From: Squalus acanthias
Taxonomy: Eukaryota
Length of the DNA stretch: 64,000 bases
Reading direction: 5' to 3'
Assembly: GCA_030390025.1 (NCBI GenBank)
Contig: CM059432.1
Span: forward strand, 46,378,001-46,442,000
Every line of letters starts with the position of its first letter. Position 1 is the first letter of the stretch. Positions 47,933 to 61,206 of this stretch are shown in pieces. Position numbers and translations under genes: made by a program. The notes beneath the pieces are model-generated. The model ran no database searches, was not told the origin of the DNA, and worked only from the letters and a program-made list of their open reading frames with translations.

Positions 47933-50128
47933 GTAAGGAACGTCTGTTTTCCCCCTCAGCTAGCACCAGCTCACAAGTGCTGCATATGTCTGCTAGAGGA
48001 AGTCGATCAACTCCTACTTGTAATTTGCAGAGCAACATTGCTGTCATTTTCAATAATACCAGAAAATATAAGATTCTCCATTGCCTCTTAAGGGAAAATG
48101 CCACTTATTAATGTAGTGGTTATAGAGTGCCTGCAAGTAGCAGGAAATGTCATTTATATTCAGTAGGTACCTTTCAATTATACAGATCAAGGGTTTGCTG
48201 TTTTTCCGTTCCATGGTTGTGCACAACCATCATCCAGGCAGACCTAAACTCTAATAAAAATATTTACTGCAAGGTGCAGATGCACAATTTAAAGAGAATT
48301 TGCCACCTTGAAGAAAGACTAGCAAGGTAGTGTGAGGTTGATAGCATCGCACAGTTCTAACTTGTTATCAGTGACCAGGTCATTCCTGAGAAGCCAAAGT
48401 TGTTGATGAAAATCAAACTTGACTTTTATAGTAAGGATCTTTTTGACAGTTTCCAGTCTGTATATAGTCATCTAAACTGTATTGGAATAGCTGAAGGTCA
48501 AGCATTTGAAACTGCCCAAAATGTCTTACTGAAAACTCATGGTGGACTCCTATTTCCTCTGCTATTCTTAATACTCCAAACTAACTCCATCACCTTTATA
48601 AGTAGACCAGTGAAACTTAACTAATTTCTGGGTGCTGCAGTACTAACCAAAAGATGGGGAATTGAAGTTTATGAGCAGTATGTGCCTCAAAGTTACTTTT
48701 CTCATTGGGGTGAGTTTTTCATATCTCTTGGCCAAGCCATAAAATGGCAAGAAGTTCAACTGTGAGGTGGGAGGGAAAAATTTGGATCTGACATGCCTTG
48801 CTGAAACCATGCCTCAGCATGAACAGTGGTCGTACAATTTCTCAGACTATATCACCCCTCCCAGCCATAGGTTACATAGTGATAAGCTGCTTTCAAGAGA
48901 AGAAAATCGAGAAAAACTTCAAAAAAGTAATCAACCTTTCTCAATTTTTTCAAAGCAAGCAACAGGAACCTTGCTGTCACAGTTAGCTAAAACTCAGTCA
49001 GGCACTAATCTCATTCAGTGTGTTTATCTCCAGGAAATGAATTTGAATTCCATCTTGCCCAAGTAGTTAAAATGTAATACTGAAGTTTGTTTGAACAACA
49101 TCATAGCATAAAATACACTTTTACAGTTGATTCAATAATCTCAATTTAGGAGGTGTTTAGGTTGCATTACACCAGATATACCCAGGGACATTAATTACGG
49201 TCACTATCTTGAAAGTGTTTCAGCACCTTTATCACTACCTGAAAAAGCATAAAAGAATGTAACTGCTAGTCTGTGGAAAAGGTAACTTCTTGTAAAATTG
49301 GACAAGTGTATTGCCATTTTTTTAAAAAAAAGCCAAAAGTATAAATGGAAATGTCCTTAATTGGATTAAATTTTTTTTCTCAATGTCTGGATAGTTTAAG
49401 TTTGAGAAATATCAGGGACAACTGAAATTCCAGGCCTAAAACATTCCAAAACTGAATGTGACAGAGCTGCTTCTTACACGATACGAGAAGAGGTATTTCA
49501 ACCATTCATGAGATTGGTTGACATTAGAAGTACTGCCAATAGGAACTTATGTTGTGAGGGCTGAATTACCATTTTCTTACTGCAATTAAGACTAGCTGAC
49601 GATGCTATTGGAAACAAGAACAAAGACAGATTTTTGGCAAACAGCTGACTGTCCTAAAAGGAAAAAAGTGGTCAGCAGTATTAATTTTTATTTATTACAA
49701 AATGGCAATAAAACCTTTCCCTTATAAGTCTATATAATAGTATACTCTTGATGCTCCCTCCCATATGGTATCTGGAGCATCGGTCATATGGGGTAGCACT
49801 GTGAAAACCATATTTAGATATATGCACTTGGCATTTTGCCAAAACCACCATTAATATAATCTCTGAGTTTGAATTAGTGCTTTGTTTTAATAAAGTTGAT
49901 GCATCAAGTTGAGCTGATTTTGAAGGACTATGTAGCGAGGCCATACCTGATACCTGCCTGAAGCTAGAAAGTGGAGTCAAAGGCACTGTAGTGGTGCACT
50001 ACACGAGAGCCCAAGTGTGTTGTACACAGAGTGGTAGGACATAGGCTCACACGCACTCCTTCACATCCAATGATTAACCTGTCTCAGCCATGAGGAACTA
50101 CCGAGCAAAGGCCATAGGAAAAGATAGA

Positions 50129-51245
50129 GGCCTAGAAGTTAGAGGTGTTGGCACTGGCCATTAAGGTCGACTTTGGTACAATAAAAATGGCGGCCACCTC
50201 ACTTCTGCCTGCTTCCGGCCGGTCCTGCGCGGCCGCCATTTTCGGCAGTTCGGCAGCGTTGTCTGCGCTCACGGAAAGTATTTTAATTAGCAGAAGCGTG
50301 ACGTTAATCAAACTGGTCAGTTGAACGGTATAGGAGGTAAATACTTTTAAAATAAACTACTGTACGTACTACAGTTGTAATAATCTCAGGAAAAATCCAA
50401 GCTGCATTTCCTTACATTTTATACATTGGGGTTTTCTAGTTTAGGAACTGATAAAATGACATGCAAAGTTTGGAAGTCTGCTTTGAAAAGGCTTGACAGC
50501 ATATTCTCACCAAGAGTTCTTCAAAAGTCTGCTGTTGTTAAAAATTTAATTTAACTCTGTTCTGCACCATTTACACCAATGAACTCCTGACCAAGAGTTC
50601 ATGTACCCATTTTTAAAAATGTATTTCCATTGATGTTCCTGCAATGGTTTAAAGACATCTGTACCACAGTCTTACGTGGTGTTTCCAGTCACAATCCCTC
50701 CAGATCTGAGCCTGTGCTTTAAAAGCTCCTCACCAGGGAGTGAATGCCCTTTGCGATATGCAGGCTAGTGCACTGTCACTGCTAGCAGCAAGACGGTGCA
50801 TCCCCCTCCACCTCCAGCACCATGGTGGAGCACAAACCTCCACACAGCAACCATCTGGGTGAAAGATCTGTGGAGCTATGGCAGCTAGCGAAGGTGGGAG
50901 TACCAGGCAGTCTAAAGCCATTTGTGGACCCCACTCAAGACCCAGACAAATGTCTGCGAAAGTAAGAGGGGAGCCATGGACAAACAAATGCCTCTTAATA
51001 TGTCACAATGCACAATACTCCAACCCTACAAGGGCCATCAACGGAGTCAATAGCAAACCCAGGAGCTGTCACCAAATGATCCGACACAGCACATTGCCCG
51101 AGAACGCCGCACCGAGCCTTCAGACACGACCTTCGGCCTTCTGCTGAGCTTAGCGCTGGAAAGAGCACATTGCACCACAGATTCTCTGCTCTGCTCATGT
51201 AAATTAACAGGCAGCACCAAAATACCAGTGCTGCATGCGCTCTTT
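50129..51245. mobile_element. Harbinger derivative related to 29545-31482, right end lost
   Basis: Shares aaaaatggc..ccacctcacttc.gcc.gcttc.gg and gccgccatttt at the left end and gcagcaccaaa near the right end. Confidence 0.65.
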
Positions 51246-53250
51246 CTGCAGCGATGTTCTGGGGCTGAGATGATTGACCTCCAACAACCACAACCATCTT
51301 CCTTTGTGCTAGGTGTGACTCCAGCCAGTGGAGCGTCTTTCCCCTGATTCCCATTGATTTCAATTTTACTAGGGCTCCTTGATGCCACACTTGGTCAAAT
51401 GTTGCCTTGATGTCAAGGGCAGTCATTCTCACCTCACCTCTGGAATTCAGCTCTTTTGTCCATGTTTGGACCAAGGCTGTAATGAGGTCTGGAGCCAAGT
51501 GGTCCTGGCGGAACCCAAACTGGGCATCAGTGAGCAGGGTACTGGTGAGTAAGTGCTGTTTGATAGCACTGTCGACGACACCTTCCATCACTTTGCTTGA
51601 GAGTAGATGATTGAGAGTAGACTGATGGGGCAGTAACTGGCCGGATCGGAATTGTCCTGCATTTTGTGGACAGGACATACCTGGGCAGTTTTCCACATTG
51701 TCGGGTAGATGCCAGTGTCGTAGCTGTACTGGAACAGTTTGCCCATAGGGGCAGCTAGTTCTGGAGCACAAGTCTTCAGCACTACAGTCGGGATGTTGTC
51801 GGGGCCCATAGCCTTTGCTGTATCCATTGCGCTCAGCCGTTTCTTGATATCACGTGGAGTGAATCGAATTGGCTGAAGATTGGCTTCTGTGATGGTGGGG
51901 ACCTCAGGAGGAGGCCGATATGGATCATCCACTCGGCACTTCTGGCTGAAGATGGTTGCAAACGCTTCAGCCTTGTCTTTTGAACTCACATGCTGGGCTC
52001 CGCCATCATTGAGGATGGGGATAATCATGAAGCCTCCTCCTCCTGTTAGTTGGTTAATTGTCCACAATCATTCACGACTGGATGTGGCAGGACTGTAGAG
52101 CTTTGATCTGATCCATTGATTGTGGGATCACTTCGCTCTGTCTATAGCATGCTGCTTCTGCTGTTTAGCATGCATGTAGTCCTGTGTTGCAGCATGCCCA
52201 GGTTGGCACCTCAGTTTTAGGTGCTGCTCCTGGCATGCTCTTCTGAACTCCTCATTGAACCAGGCTTGCTATTATGGGTTGATGGTAATGGTAGAGTGAG
52301 GGATATGCCAGGCCATGAGATTACAGATTGTGATAGAATACAATTCTGCTGCTGCTGATGGCCCACAGCCCCTCATGGATGCCCAGTTTTGAGCTGCTAG
52401 ATCTGTTCTGAATCTATCCCATTTAGCACGGTGGTAGTGCCACACAACATGATTGAGGGTGTCCTCAGTGTGAAGACGGGACTTTGTTTCCACAATGACT
52501 GTGCGGTGGTCACTGCTACCAGTACTGTCATGGACAACAGGTGCATCTGTGACAGATAGCTTGGCGAGGATGAGGTTAAGTAGGTTTTTCCCTCATGTTG
52601 CTTCTCTCACCACCTGTTGCAGGCCCAGTCTGGCAGGACTCAGCCAGCTCGGTCAGTAGTGGTGCTACCGAGCCACTCTTGGTGATGGACATTGAAGTGC
52701 CCACCCAGCGTACATTCTGTGCCCTTGCTACCGTCACTGCTTCTTCCAAGTGGTGTTCAACATGGAGGAGTACTGATTCATCAGCTGAGGGAGGGCGGTA
52801 GATGGTAATCAGCAAGAGGTTTCCTTGCCCATGCTTGACCTGAAGCTATGACACTTCATGGGGTCCGGAGTCAATATTGAGGACTTCCAGGGCCACTCCC
52901 TCCCGACTGTATACCACTGTGCCACCACCTCTGGTGGGTCTGTCCAGCCGATGGGACAGGACATACCCAGGGATGATGATGGAAGAGTCTAGGACATTGG
53001 CTGAAAGGTATGATGCTGTGAGTATGACTATGTCAGGCTGTTGCTTGACTAGTCTGTGGGACAGCTCTCCCAATTTTGGCACAGATGTTAGTGAGGAGGA
53101 CTATGCAGGGTCGACTGGGCTGGGTGTGCTGTTGTCGTGTCCGAAGCCGGTGCCTCGGTTGATACCGGGTGGTCCGTCCTTATTCTTATTATTGGTTTTT
53201 GTAGCGGTTTTGTACAATTGAGTGGCTTGCTAGGCCATTTCAGAAGGCAG
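51246..53250 (-). mobile_element. LINE family B, endonuclease through RT, 3'-truncated
   Basis: LVKQQPDIVILT, ITIYRPPS, PDNIPTVVLKTCAPEL and ALDIKATFDQVWH motifs. Confidence 0.9.
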
Positions 53251-54228
53251 TTAGTAGGTGGTAGGCCTGTGGCATTAGGCTGCAGAGAGGAGGGAGGGAT
53301 GGGTCGCGTAGCGTCTGGGGGCTAACTGCGTGGGGGCCGGGGGCTCATCGGGGAGCATGGGGAGGATGCTGTGTGGCATCTGTGGCGGGGGCAGACAACA
53401 TTGGGGGGCCGAGGAGCATCTGTGGGGGGATAGGCAGACAACATTGGGGGGCCGGAGGAGCATCTGTGGGGGGATAGGCAGACAACATTGGGGGGCCGGA
53501 GGAGCATCAGTGGGGGGATAGGCAGACAACATTGGGGGGCCGGAGGAGCATCAGTGTGGGGGGAGCAGATGACATTGGGGGGCCGGAGGAGCATCTGTGG
53601 GGGGGGGGGGGCAGATGACATCGGGGGGCCGGAGGAGCATCTGTGGGGGGGTGCAGATGACATCGGGGGGCCGGAGGAGCATCTGTGGGGGGGGCAGATG
53701 ACATCGGGGGGCCGGAGGAGCATTGGGGGGAGGCAGACGACATTGGGAGGCCGAGGAGCATCGGTGGGGGGGGGATGGGGGGAAGGCGATCGGAGACTTG
53801 GGGGTGGGGGTGAATCGGAGGCCTGGGCGGGGGATCGGAGGCCTCGTTTGTGTGGGTGGGTCTCCGATCATGGTGGGTGGGTGAGGCAGAGACGCTGGAT
53901 CCAGGAGCTAAGTGTAAAGGCACTTTCCTGCTGGATCCAGCTGTCCTCGCCTTCCATTTGCTGACAGGTTTCACGAGGCCTGAAAAATCCGACCAGCCAG
54001 TGTTAAATATAAAATGGTGGTTAAATCTGAGGCACGCCAGCCTCATTATAATATGTAAATGGGCGACCCACCTCCTGTCAGCTGATTGGCTGCCCGCCCT
54101 CATCCTGCCTCCATTAAAACTATAAGTGGGCAGGTTGGAGGCAGTTTCTGGTCAGAATTCAGATTTTTAACACTTTAACTTTCCACTCGACCCCAACCCA
54201 CCCGTTTTTTGGGGTTAAAATTCCCCCC
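53251..54228. mobile_element. Harbinger-type MITE, same family as 63157-63800, left end missing
   Basis: Right end GGTTAAAATTCCCCCC. Shared ctggatccaggag, ccagcctc.ttataatat and ggctgcccgccc blocks. Confidence 0.7.
53389..53775 (+). repeat. G-rich minisatellite, about 9 copies of a 42-46 nt unit, inside a MITE ending at 54228
   Basis: Unit GGCAGA(CA/TG)ACAT(T/C)GGGGGGCCGGAGGAGCATCTGTGGGGGG(ATA). Confidence 0.9.
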
Positions 54229-54527
54229 AAAGAGAAGGAAAGAAATATTGGATTAAGAGAGAGAGGAAAAAGAGACAGAAAGGAAAAATAAAATATTAAA
54301 TTAAAATTTTTTTAATTTGACATTTTTAAAAACGCCAACAACAATTAATACCTGAAGGAATGGGTATCCGCATTTGTTACAGTTAATTTTCAGTGCCCGA
54401 GAGATTGATTGGCAACAATTAACAATTACCACGTTGTTAAAAGGATAGTTACGCTTGTAATGACAAGACTTAACTTTCTGTGGCAAGTTTGGTTTGTATC
54501 TACCGTGAAAATACAGCAACTTCACGC

Positions 54528-54685
54528 CATCTGTGGCGAGAGAAACAGAGTTAACATTTCAGGTCGATGACCTTTTCGTCAGAAACGTTAACTCTGTTTC
54601 TCTCGCCACAGATGTTGCCTGACCTGCTGAGTATTTCCAGCATTTTCTGTTTTTATTTCAGATTTTCAACGCCCGCAGTATATTG
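54528..54685. mobile_element. Penelope-like inverted terminal fragment with hammerhead core in the loop
   Basis: Perfect 28-bp arms (54528-54555 / 54587-54614). Minus strand CTGACGA-AA-AGGTC(ATC)GACCT-GAAA-TGTT-AACT. Confidence 0.75.
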
Positions 54686-55379
54686 GCACTTAACCGCGCA
54701 TCTGCCCCTCCCCTGAAATTGCTGTACCATTTATGCATAAAAAGCAGTGATCGCCATTAGCCTCACCATAATTTTGAATGAAAAATCTGTCCCAATGAAT
54801 TTGCCTGAGAATCTGTAGCTACAGGTGCCTCAAAGCTGAAATCCCTAACAGTAGCAAAACTAGTTTTCCGAAATGAATAACATTTAATCTCTCATTCCTA
54901 AAGTTAAAAAAATGTGCATATACTTATGCTCCCCTTTGCTTAATAGGGCACAGATACAACCTCCTGCTAATACTGCCTTTGGCGTGCATATTTTGCATTG
55001 CTATGAAGCAACTTACACATAATTGGATTAGTAAGAGCAGCCCAATTTGCAGCAATCTGGGATACTGCATTTAGTATGACTGTTATCTTATATGCACAAA
55101 ACCATTTAATTAACTTGAGTGAAAATGATTGAAACAGACAACCATGTTTATTTGATTGCATTTACACAGGAAGAAAAGCATATAATGATGTGCAACTTTG
55201 CCCATACGCCTATTCTTGTGACTTTTAATCCTGAGGAGAACCAAAAATCCAAAGCAAATATCACATCTGACATGTTAAAATCTGTGGCTAGCATCATTGT
55301 CTTTAGAGAGAGCTGAAACGGTTTTACAAATGTAGATGTTCTATGCATTATCCAGTGGACTAGCTGCTCCCACACTTCG

Positions 55380-57381
55380 GCCCTGAATTTCCTCGCTATC
55401 TTCAGCACGTACACTGTTATCATGCCATTATTGTGCTAAAATGATTCAGGAAATTAGCGTTTTAGCACATTTGAGTACATTTACGTCGTTAATGCACTAC
55501 ATGTGAGTTTCCTCAATCGTTTTAACAGTGCAAATCTTATGCGGTCAAAGTCCGCTCAGGGTCATTTGCATAGCTGCACTGTTCAAATATACGGCAGTTT
55601 CCTGGGTTTACACCACTTCTACAAGCGGTGTATCAAAAAAAAATCTAGCAGATCCTTCAGACAAGTGTAAGTGAAGAGTTGATGAGCTGAAGAAGGCACC
55701 AACTTCACTTACTGATTACAGGCTTTGAAGATCATCTCTTTTAACCCCTTCACATTTTTTTATTAACTGACGCATGCACTTCATTTTACCACTCTTCCCA
55801 GAAAAAATGTTGGAACCCCCAACTTCCCCAAACCCCAAACCCACACTCAGATCAACATCAGAAAAGGGATGGTTTTCCCCCAAACCACTCCAGCTCATCA
55901 TAACGGAGGACGAGTTGCTGCAGCAGCATGTCGAGGCCAGGCGAATCAGACAGCATGGCAGAGGACAGAAACCCACCACATGCAACCCTCATCATGTGTA
56001 CAGGCCGCACCAGACCTACGAGGACCTCTTCATTGAACTGTGCATCTGACGGCAGCACCTCTCCAAGGATGCCATTGGGCACCTCTGCCAACTAAAAGTG
56101 ACAACAGCCCTCAACTTTTACAGCGTCGCATCCCTCCAAACTACCACAGGGCATCTGTGCAACATCGTGCGGGTGACGGATGCCGTTTCATAGAGCAGCT
56201 AACACAGAGCCAGGGACTACTCCATCAACTGATCGACTGCAGCGGCAGCACCTCACCTTCTTCTACCTACCCTACCAGATGACACAATAGCAAACCACTT
56301 TGGCCCAACCACGACTTTGCCATGAAGCATTACTTGAGTGAAAAAGTCCGCACTAAATGAGTGCTCGCCTTCCTGAAAGTAACAAAGCACAAGATAACTG
56401 CACAGAGTATGCCAAACAAAATAGTTCTTTTATTTACAGAAAAGCAATTCATTTGCATCCAAATTATACGACTTGCTACTGTTCTCAGCACCGTGCTTCC
56501 CCCTCGTGCCTAACCATCTTTTGACAGGGACTGTCGGAGTCTTGGCATGTGCTGCTGTCCTAAGATTCGGCAGTATCAGGCACAAGGACTTCAGCCGCCA
56601 CTACTCCTCGGCCCTAGATCTGCAGCCCCACTGATTTAGCGCTGGCATGTAGACATAGGTGTTGAGTTACCCACCTGACCCCAGCAGGGTGACACCAACC
56701 ACTTCCTCCGCCACAGCTATGGAGGTGTGGGTCCCTTTGAGGGCCATGACCTTCTATTTATGGGGGCGCGGGGCGCGGTGGTGAGATCATTGAATTTTTA
56801 ATTCTGCATTGCTCTGCTATCCTGGGAGTGAGGGAGTTGGCCAAGAATGCCAGTGCCATCTCCCTTCAGGTGCCACAAATGACTGCTCTGCTAAGCATGG
56901 AGGAGCATTGTCCCAAGAGACTGTGCTTCTTCTCCTCAACCTTGTCTAAAAGAGCATCAATATCCTCCTCTTAGAAGATCACTGTTCTGCTTCTCCCACC
57001 TCTTCTGCCTGCTTGCCCAGTGGAAACAGGTGCCATCTGCATTGCCATTCTTCTGTCAACATAGAATAAAGATGTGGGTTATAGATGCCGTGGAGATATT
57101 TGACCAGAACCAGGAGAAAAAATATTCCCAGGGTTATGCTGAAGAGTGTAGTCTGCAGAGAGCTTTGAAACAGTTACACCATTATTGCATTCAAGTTTCC
57201 TGGGCGTTTAGCTGCTTACACTTGTTTTACACATGAACCGTGCCAGTACTTACGCCAGTTCTTATGCTAATTAACGTACCCAGGAAATTTGCATGGAACT
57301 TCCTCTGCTGGTGAATGATATAACTTTCCAGCGCAATGATGGTGTAACCACAGCGTAACTGACATTGAGGAAATTCGGGGC
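55380..57381. mobile_element. PIF/Harbinger deletion derivative
   Basis: TIR GCCCTGAATTTCCTC / GAGGAAATTCGGGGC (14/15). Transposase remnants on + (HVYRPHQTYEDL, LKVTTALNFY). Myb-like start on - (EEDIDALLDKVEERR). Confidence 0.8.
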
Positions 57382-59169
57382 ATTGATTTTTATTCTAGAA
57401 TATCTGATGAAACCTTGAGAGAGATGAACATCCTAGGCCACAGTCTGTGGCAGTATCCTTCATAAGCTCATCTCGAAAACTGTAGGAAGAGCTGGAACTG
57501 CTACGGTGACAGCATTCAATTATGCCAACAACTGGGCCCATTTTAGTAAACTAGCAGTGAAATAATTACTTTCTTTCTCCGACCTTACTATCAAAAGGAT
57601 GATGTTCACCCTCTGGTACCTCACCCAAGTGGCCTTTATTCGTGCATGATAGTGGGTATGGGCAGATTATTTAGATGGGCGTGTGACCCTCCTGCTCAGT
57701 TTTCCTCTATATGCTCCACTCAGTTGATCCTTTGTGCCCAAGTGCAATAACAGGAAGATTTAGCTTAACATGTTCTTTGTGAATAAAATTGATGTTAATA
57801 TTAAAGCAACCATAGCAAAGGCCCTTTCCATCCTTTTGCTATCCAATTAAGTTACTGTTTAGTAGATCCAGAAAGCTTCATGTCCCTGTGCAGAAGGTTG
57901 GTCTGTGATTGAGCCTCTTTGTTTAAATCTGCTGTAAGTGACGTGCCTGCGGTCAGTTCAGTGATTTACGCTCTACTGTTATTCATACGCACCCTGATCT
58001 GGAAAGTTCTTTGTTTTCTTCGCTCCTTTCCTGGAAGCAGAAGCTTGTGCTGAGGCCCAATTCCATGGGGATCAACAGCCCCCACTGCTGCCCCACAAAG
58101 TGGCTATTCTTCACCTGAGAAGCTGGACAGTGATTGGTGGCAGGCTACTTGATTGCAGGGCATCATAACTAAACCTCGTCCAGTAGAACCCATTGGATGC
58201 CAATCAGCTATTACCTCCCCAGTTAAGGGAAAGAGAGACCAATTGTAGCCCCTTCTCCACCCACATCTGGTGTGATACTAATCAGGAATCTGACACATTC
58301 CTGATTAGTATCACACCAGGCAATGCATTTACTCTCTCTGCTAACAATTTGCCGTTTGATAGGATTTTGAGTGCTCTATACATGTGTTAGATTGTCTGAG
58401 AGGTACTCATCATTTAGATTGAACTATATTTGCATAATTATTAGTGAATGATTATATTTATATGCAATTCTACTTCACTGCAACCAATCCAATGTTATGT
58501 TAAGTTCTGATATTCGATTTGACGTAATGATGGAACAAGTGCATCACTTTGGGACTGTACATGTTGTGGCAAAGAGAAATGGGAAATTAATATGGAAAAT
58601 TCAGTTTTTCAAATTCAGATCAGAATAATAAATGGAGGCCCACCATCAAGAAAATGAATAGGTTGGAATTATTGTTCCAACAGGTGAAAAATTGGCTGTG
58701 TTGTCCACTTTTATAACTATAAACATGTGACCTTGAAATCAGATTAAGATTTTAAGCATCAGTGTTGAACCTGTCCCCTTACAAAAATGGGCAGTATAAT
58801 TTGCCAGACAAAGGTAGATGTAGCATAAGGTAGTTGAAAATCAGGCTATTGGTTTGATGTAATTGTGGTACATGTAGAGCTTGCTTTAATTCACTTTATT
58901 ATGTGGATAATGACATCTTAATGGCTTCATATTTTTTGTTCTGTCCCTTGCTTCTTTCACGTGATATAGTGATATCACCTTGAGGTGAGAATTTGTTTTG
59001 TTTGTCTTGTTTAAATATCTCCTCATTTTTCAAATATGTTTAAATTTTGCTGTGGTGTGTACTTAATTATTTCAAACAGTAATGTCTGCCTTTAAGCGGG
59101 TAATTGCGGCTTTCCAGATATAATTGTATATTTTGAAAATTTGAGTATAATTAATAAGCATATTTCAAA

Positions 59170-59945
59170 TCTGTTTCCACTGATTTGATCGCTCTCCCTG
59201 GCAACTGTCTAAGGCTGACCAAGTCTGTTTGCAACCTTGGTGTGATATTTGATCACGATTTGAGCTTCCTATCTTATATCCATTCTATCACTAAGACCGC
59301 CCATTTCCACCTTCGTAATATCGCCCGTCTCCGCCCTTACCTCAACGTATCTGCTGCCGAAACCCTCACCCATGCCTTTAGCACCTCTAGACTTGACTAT
59401 TTGAACGCACTCCTGGTCGGCCTCCCTTGTTCTACCCTCCATAAACTTGAGGTCATCCAAAACTCTGCTGCCGGTGTCCTAGCTCGCACCAAGTCCCACT
59501 CACCCACCTCCCCTGTGCTTGCTGACCTACAGTTAAGCAATGCCTCAATTTTAAAATTCTCATCCTTGTTTTCAAATCCCTCCATGGCCTCACCCCTCTT
59601 TATCTCTGTAATCTCCTCCAGCCCTATAATCCCCCTAGACCTCTGTGCTCCGCCTATTCTGGCCTTTGAACATCTCCGATTTGAATTGATCCACCATTGG
59701 TGGCCGTGCCTTCAGCTGCCTAGATCCTAAGCTCTGGAATTCCCTCCCTAAATCTCTCCGCCTCTCCATTTCTCTTTCCTCCTTTAAGACACTCCTTAAA
59801 ACTTACCTCTTTAACCAAGCTTTTGGGCATCTGCCCGAACATCGGTGTCAAATTTTGTTCTTTTTTAATAACGCTCTTGTGAGACACCTTGGGACATTTT
59901 ATTATGTTAAAGGCGCTATATAAATATAAGTTGTGGTGTTCTTGT
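59170..59945 (+). mobile_element. L2 LINE 3' fragment (shorter L2 tails also at about 36600-36770 -, 37030-37200 +, 41130-41470 +)
   Basis: CNLGVIFD, FHLRNIARLRPYL, SRLDYLNALL and IQNSAA motifs. Tail aaggcgctatataaat..gttg. Confidence 0.88.
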
Positions 59946-60707
59946 TCTTTAGTGTTATGAAATTCAACAAATATGCCAGGAATAGTGGGGAGAGAGCTAG
60001 ATTAAAACATCATGCCAGAAAGTGTGAATTTTTTCACAAATCAATTAAACATGCCAAACTGTTGTGAATTGGAAACTGTACATTAGTGGGTGGTTAATGC
60101 AGGATCAGCAAGGCTTAATCCTTAATTGATCATGCTGTTAAATGCACTATGTCTAAATTACATTATGAGATTTATTTCTGCCAGATAATCACAATTATTA
60201 TTCAAAAGGTGATTACTGAAAATGTAGCTTTTGGCTTATTCTGTTCTATATTTCACTTATTATCATGAAATTCAGTCCATTTAAGTATATCCACCTGAAG
60301 GCGTCTCTAAACTAGTACACCAAAAATGTGGTATGGGTGTCACATCATTAAAAGAAAGGTTCTTTAATTATTGATTTAATTAAGCAAAATTAAAAAAAAA
60401 CATTAAAACTGCAGTGATCAACCACAGTATTTAACAGACAGTCTTGGACTGATGGAGACTGGCGAAGGAACAGGTGAGTAATGAATAGATCATGAAGCTC
60501 TAACCTACTGATTAAATGGACGAATATAATTCATTCACAAATATGATTAAATTACTTTCAGGGCCATTACACCTGTGTCATTTTCAGTTTGAATCCGACT
60601 CTGGGGACTTTCTGAGATAAAACCAAAAGTCTAATTTTAAAAGGGACTAAAAATCTAATCAGATCTATTAAGAAAAATGACAATTTAAAAATATGTTGGG
60701 ATGTATA

Positions 60708-60893
60708 GGGGCCAATTTTAACCTCCTCTGCGGGCGGGAAATGGGCAGTAGGGGTCAGTCACCTGTTTTACACCCCACCTGATGTTGCTTTCCATTGACT
60801 TCAATGGAAAGGAAAATCAGGTGAGATGTAAATCACGCAGTGAATCCACTGCTACCCATTTCCCGCCTGGAGAGAACAGTTTAAATCGACCCC
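60708..60893. mobile_element. Small Harbinger-type MITE
   Basis: Ends GGGGCCAATTTTAAC / GTTTAAATCGACCCC with flanks ATA/ACA. Internal inverted gcgggaaatggg.agta / tacccatttcccgc. Confidence 0.7.
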
Positions 60894-61083
60894 ACAGGGT
60901 CTGTTTTAAGAGCCGAGGAATTTTATTCTCTTTTCATAGTGTTAAACTCCACGGGCTCTACAATGGAGATTTTCATTTAAAACAGCATACGTCGCATTGA
61001 AAAGAAATGAAGCAATAAACCCCACTGTTTAAAAGGAGAACAAACGCACCAAGTTTAAGGATGTATTCTTTTATCTTTCACAG

Positions 61084-61206
61084 TTGGATGAAGAAGCCTC
61101 GCTGTGGTGTACCTGACCAGTTTGGCAGCAACGTTAGACTTAATGTTAGAAGAAAGCGGTACGCATTAACTGGGCAGAAGTGGCATCATAAACATATCAC
61201 CTACAG
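61084..61206 (+). CDS. MMP16: MT3-MMP internal coding exon, probably exon 3 (cysteine switch, furin site, start of catalytic domain)
   Basis: ttttatctttcaCAG acceptor and GT donor at 61207. The 123 nt are phase-compatible with the previous exon (GA|T = Asp) and translate to [40 protein letters not shown](S). Confidence 0.93.

Noticed and set aside
53389..53775. CRISPR-like array
   Set aside because: Units are head-to-tail without unique spacers, in a eukaryotic intron with no cas genes.
53275..54103. Pro-rich and Gly-rich ORFs
   Set aside because: They are translations of the G-rich minisatellite in several frames.
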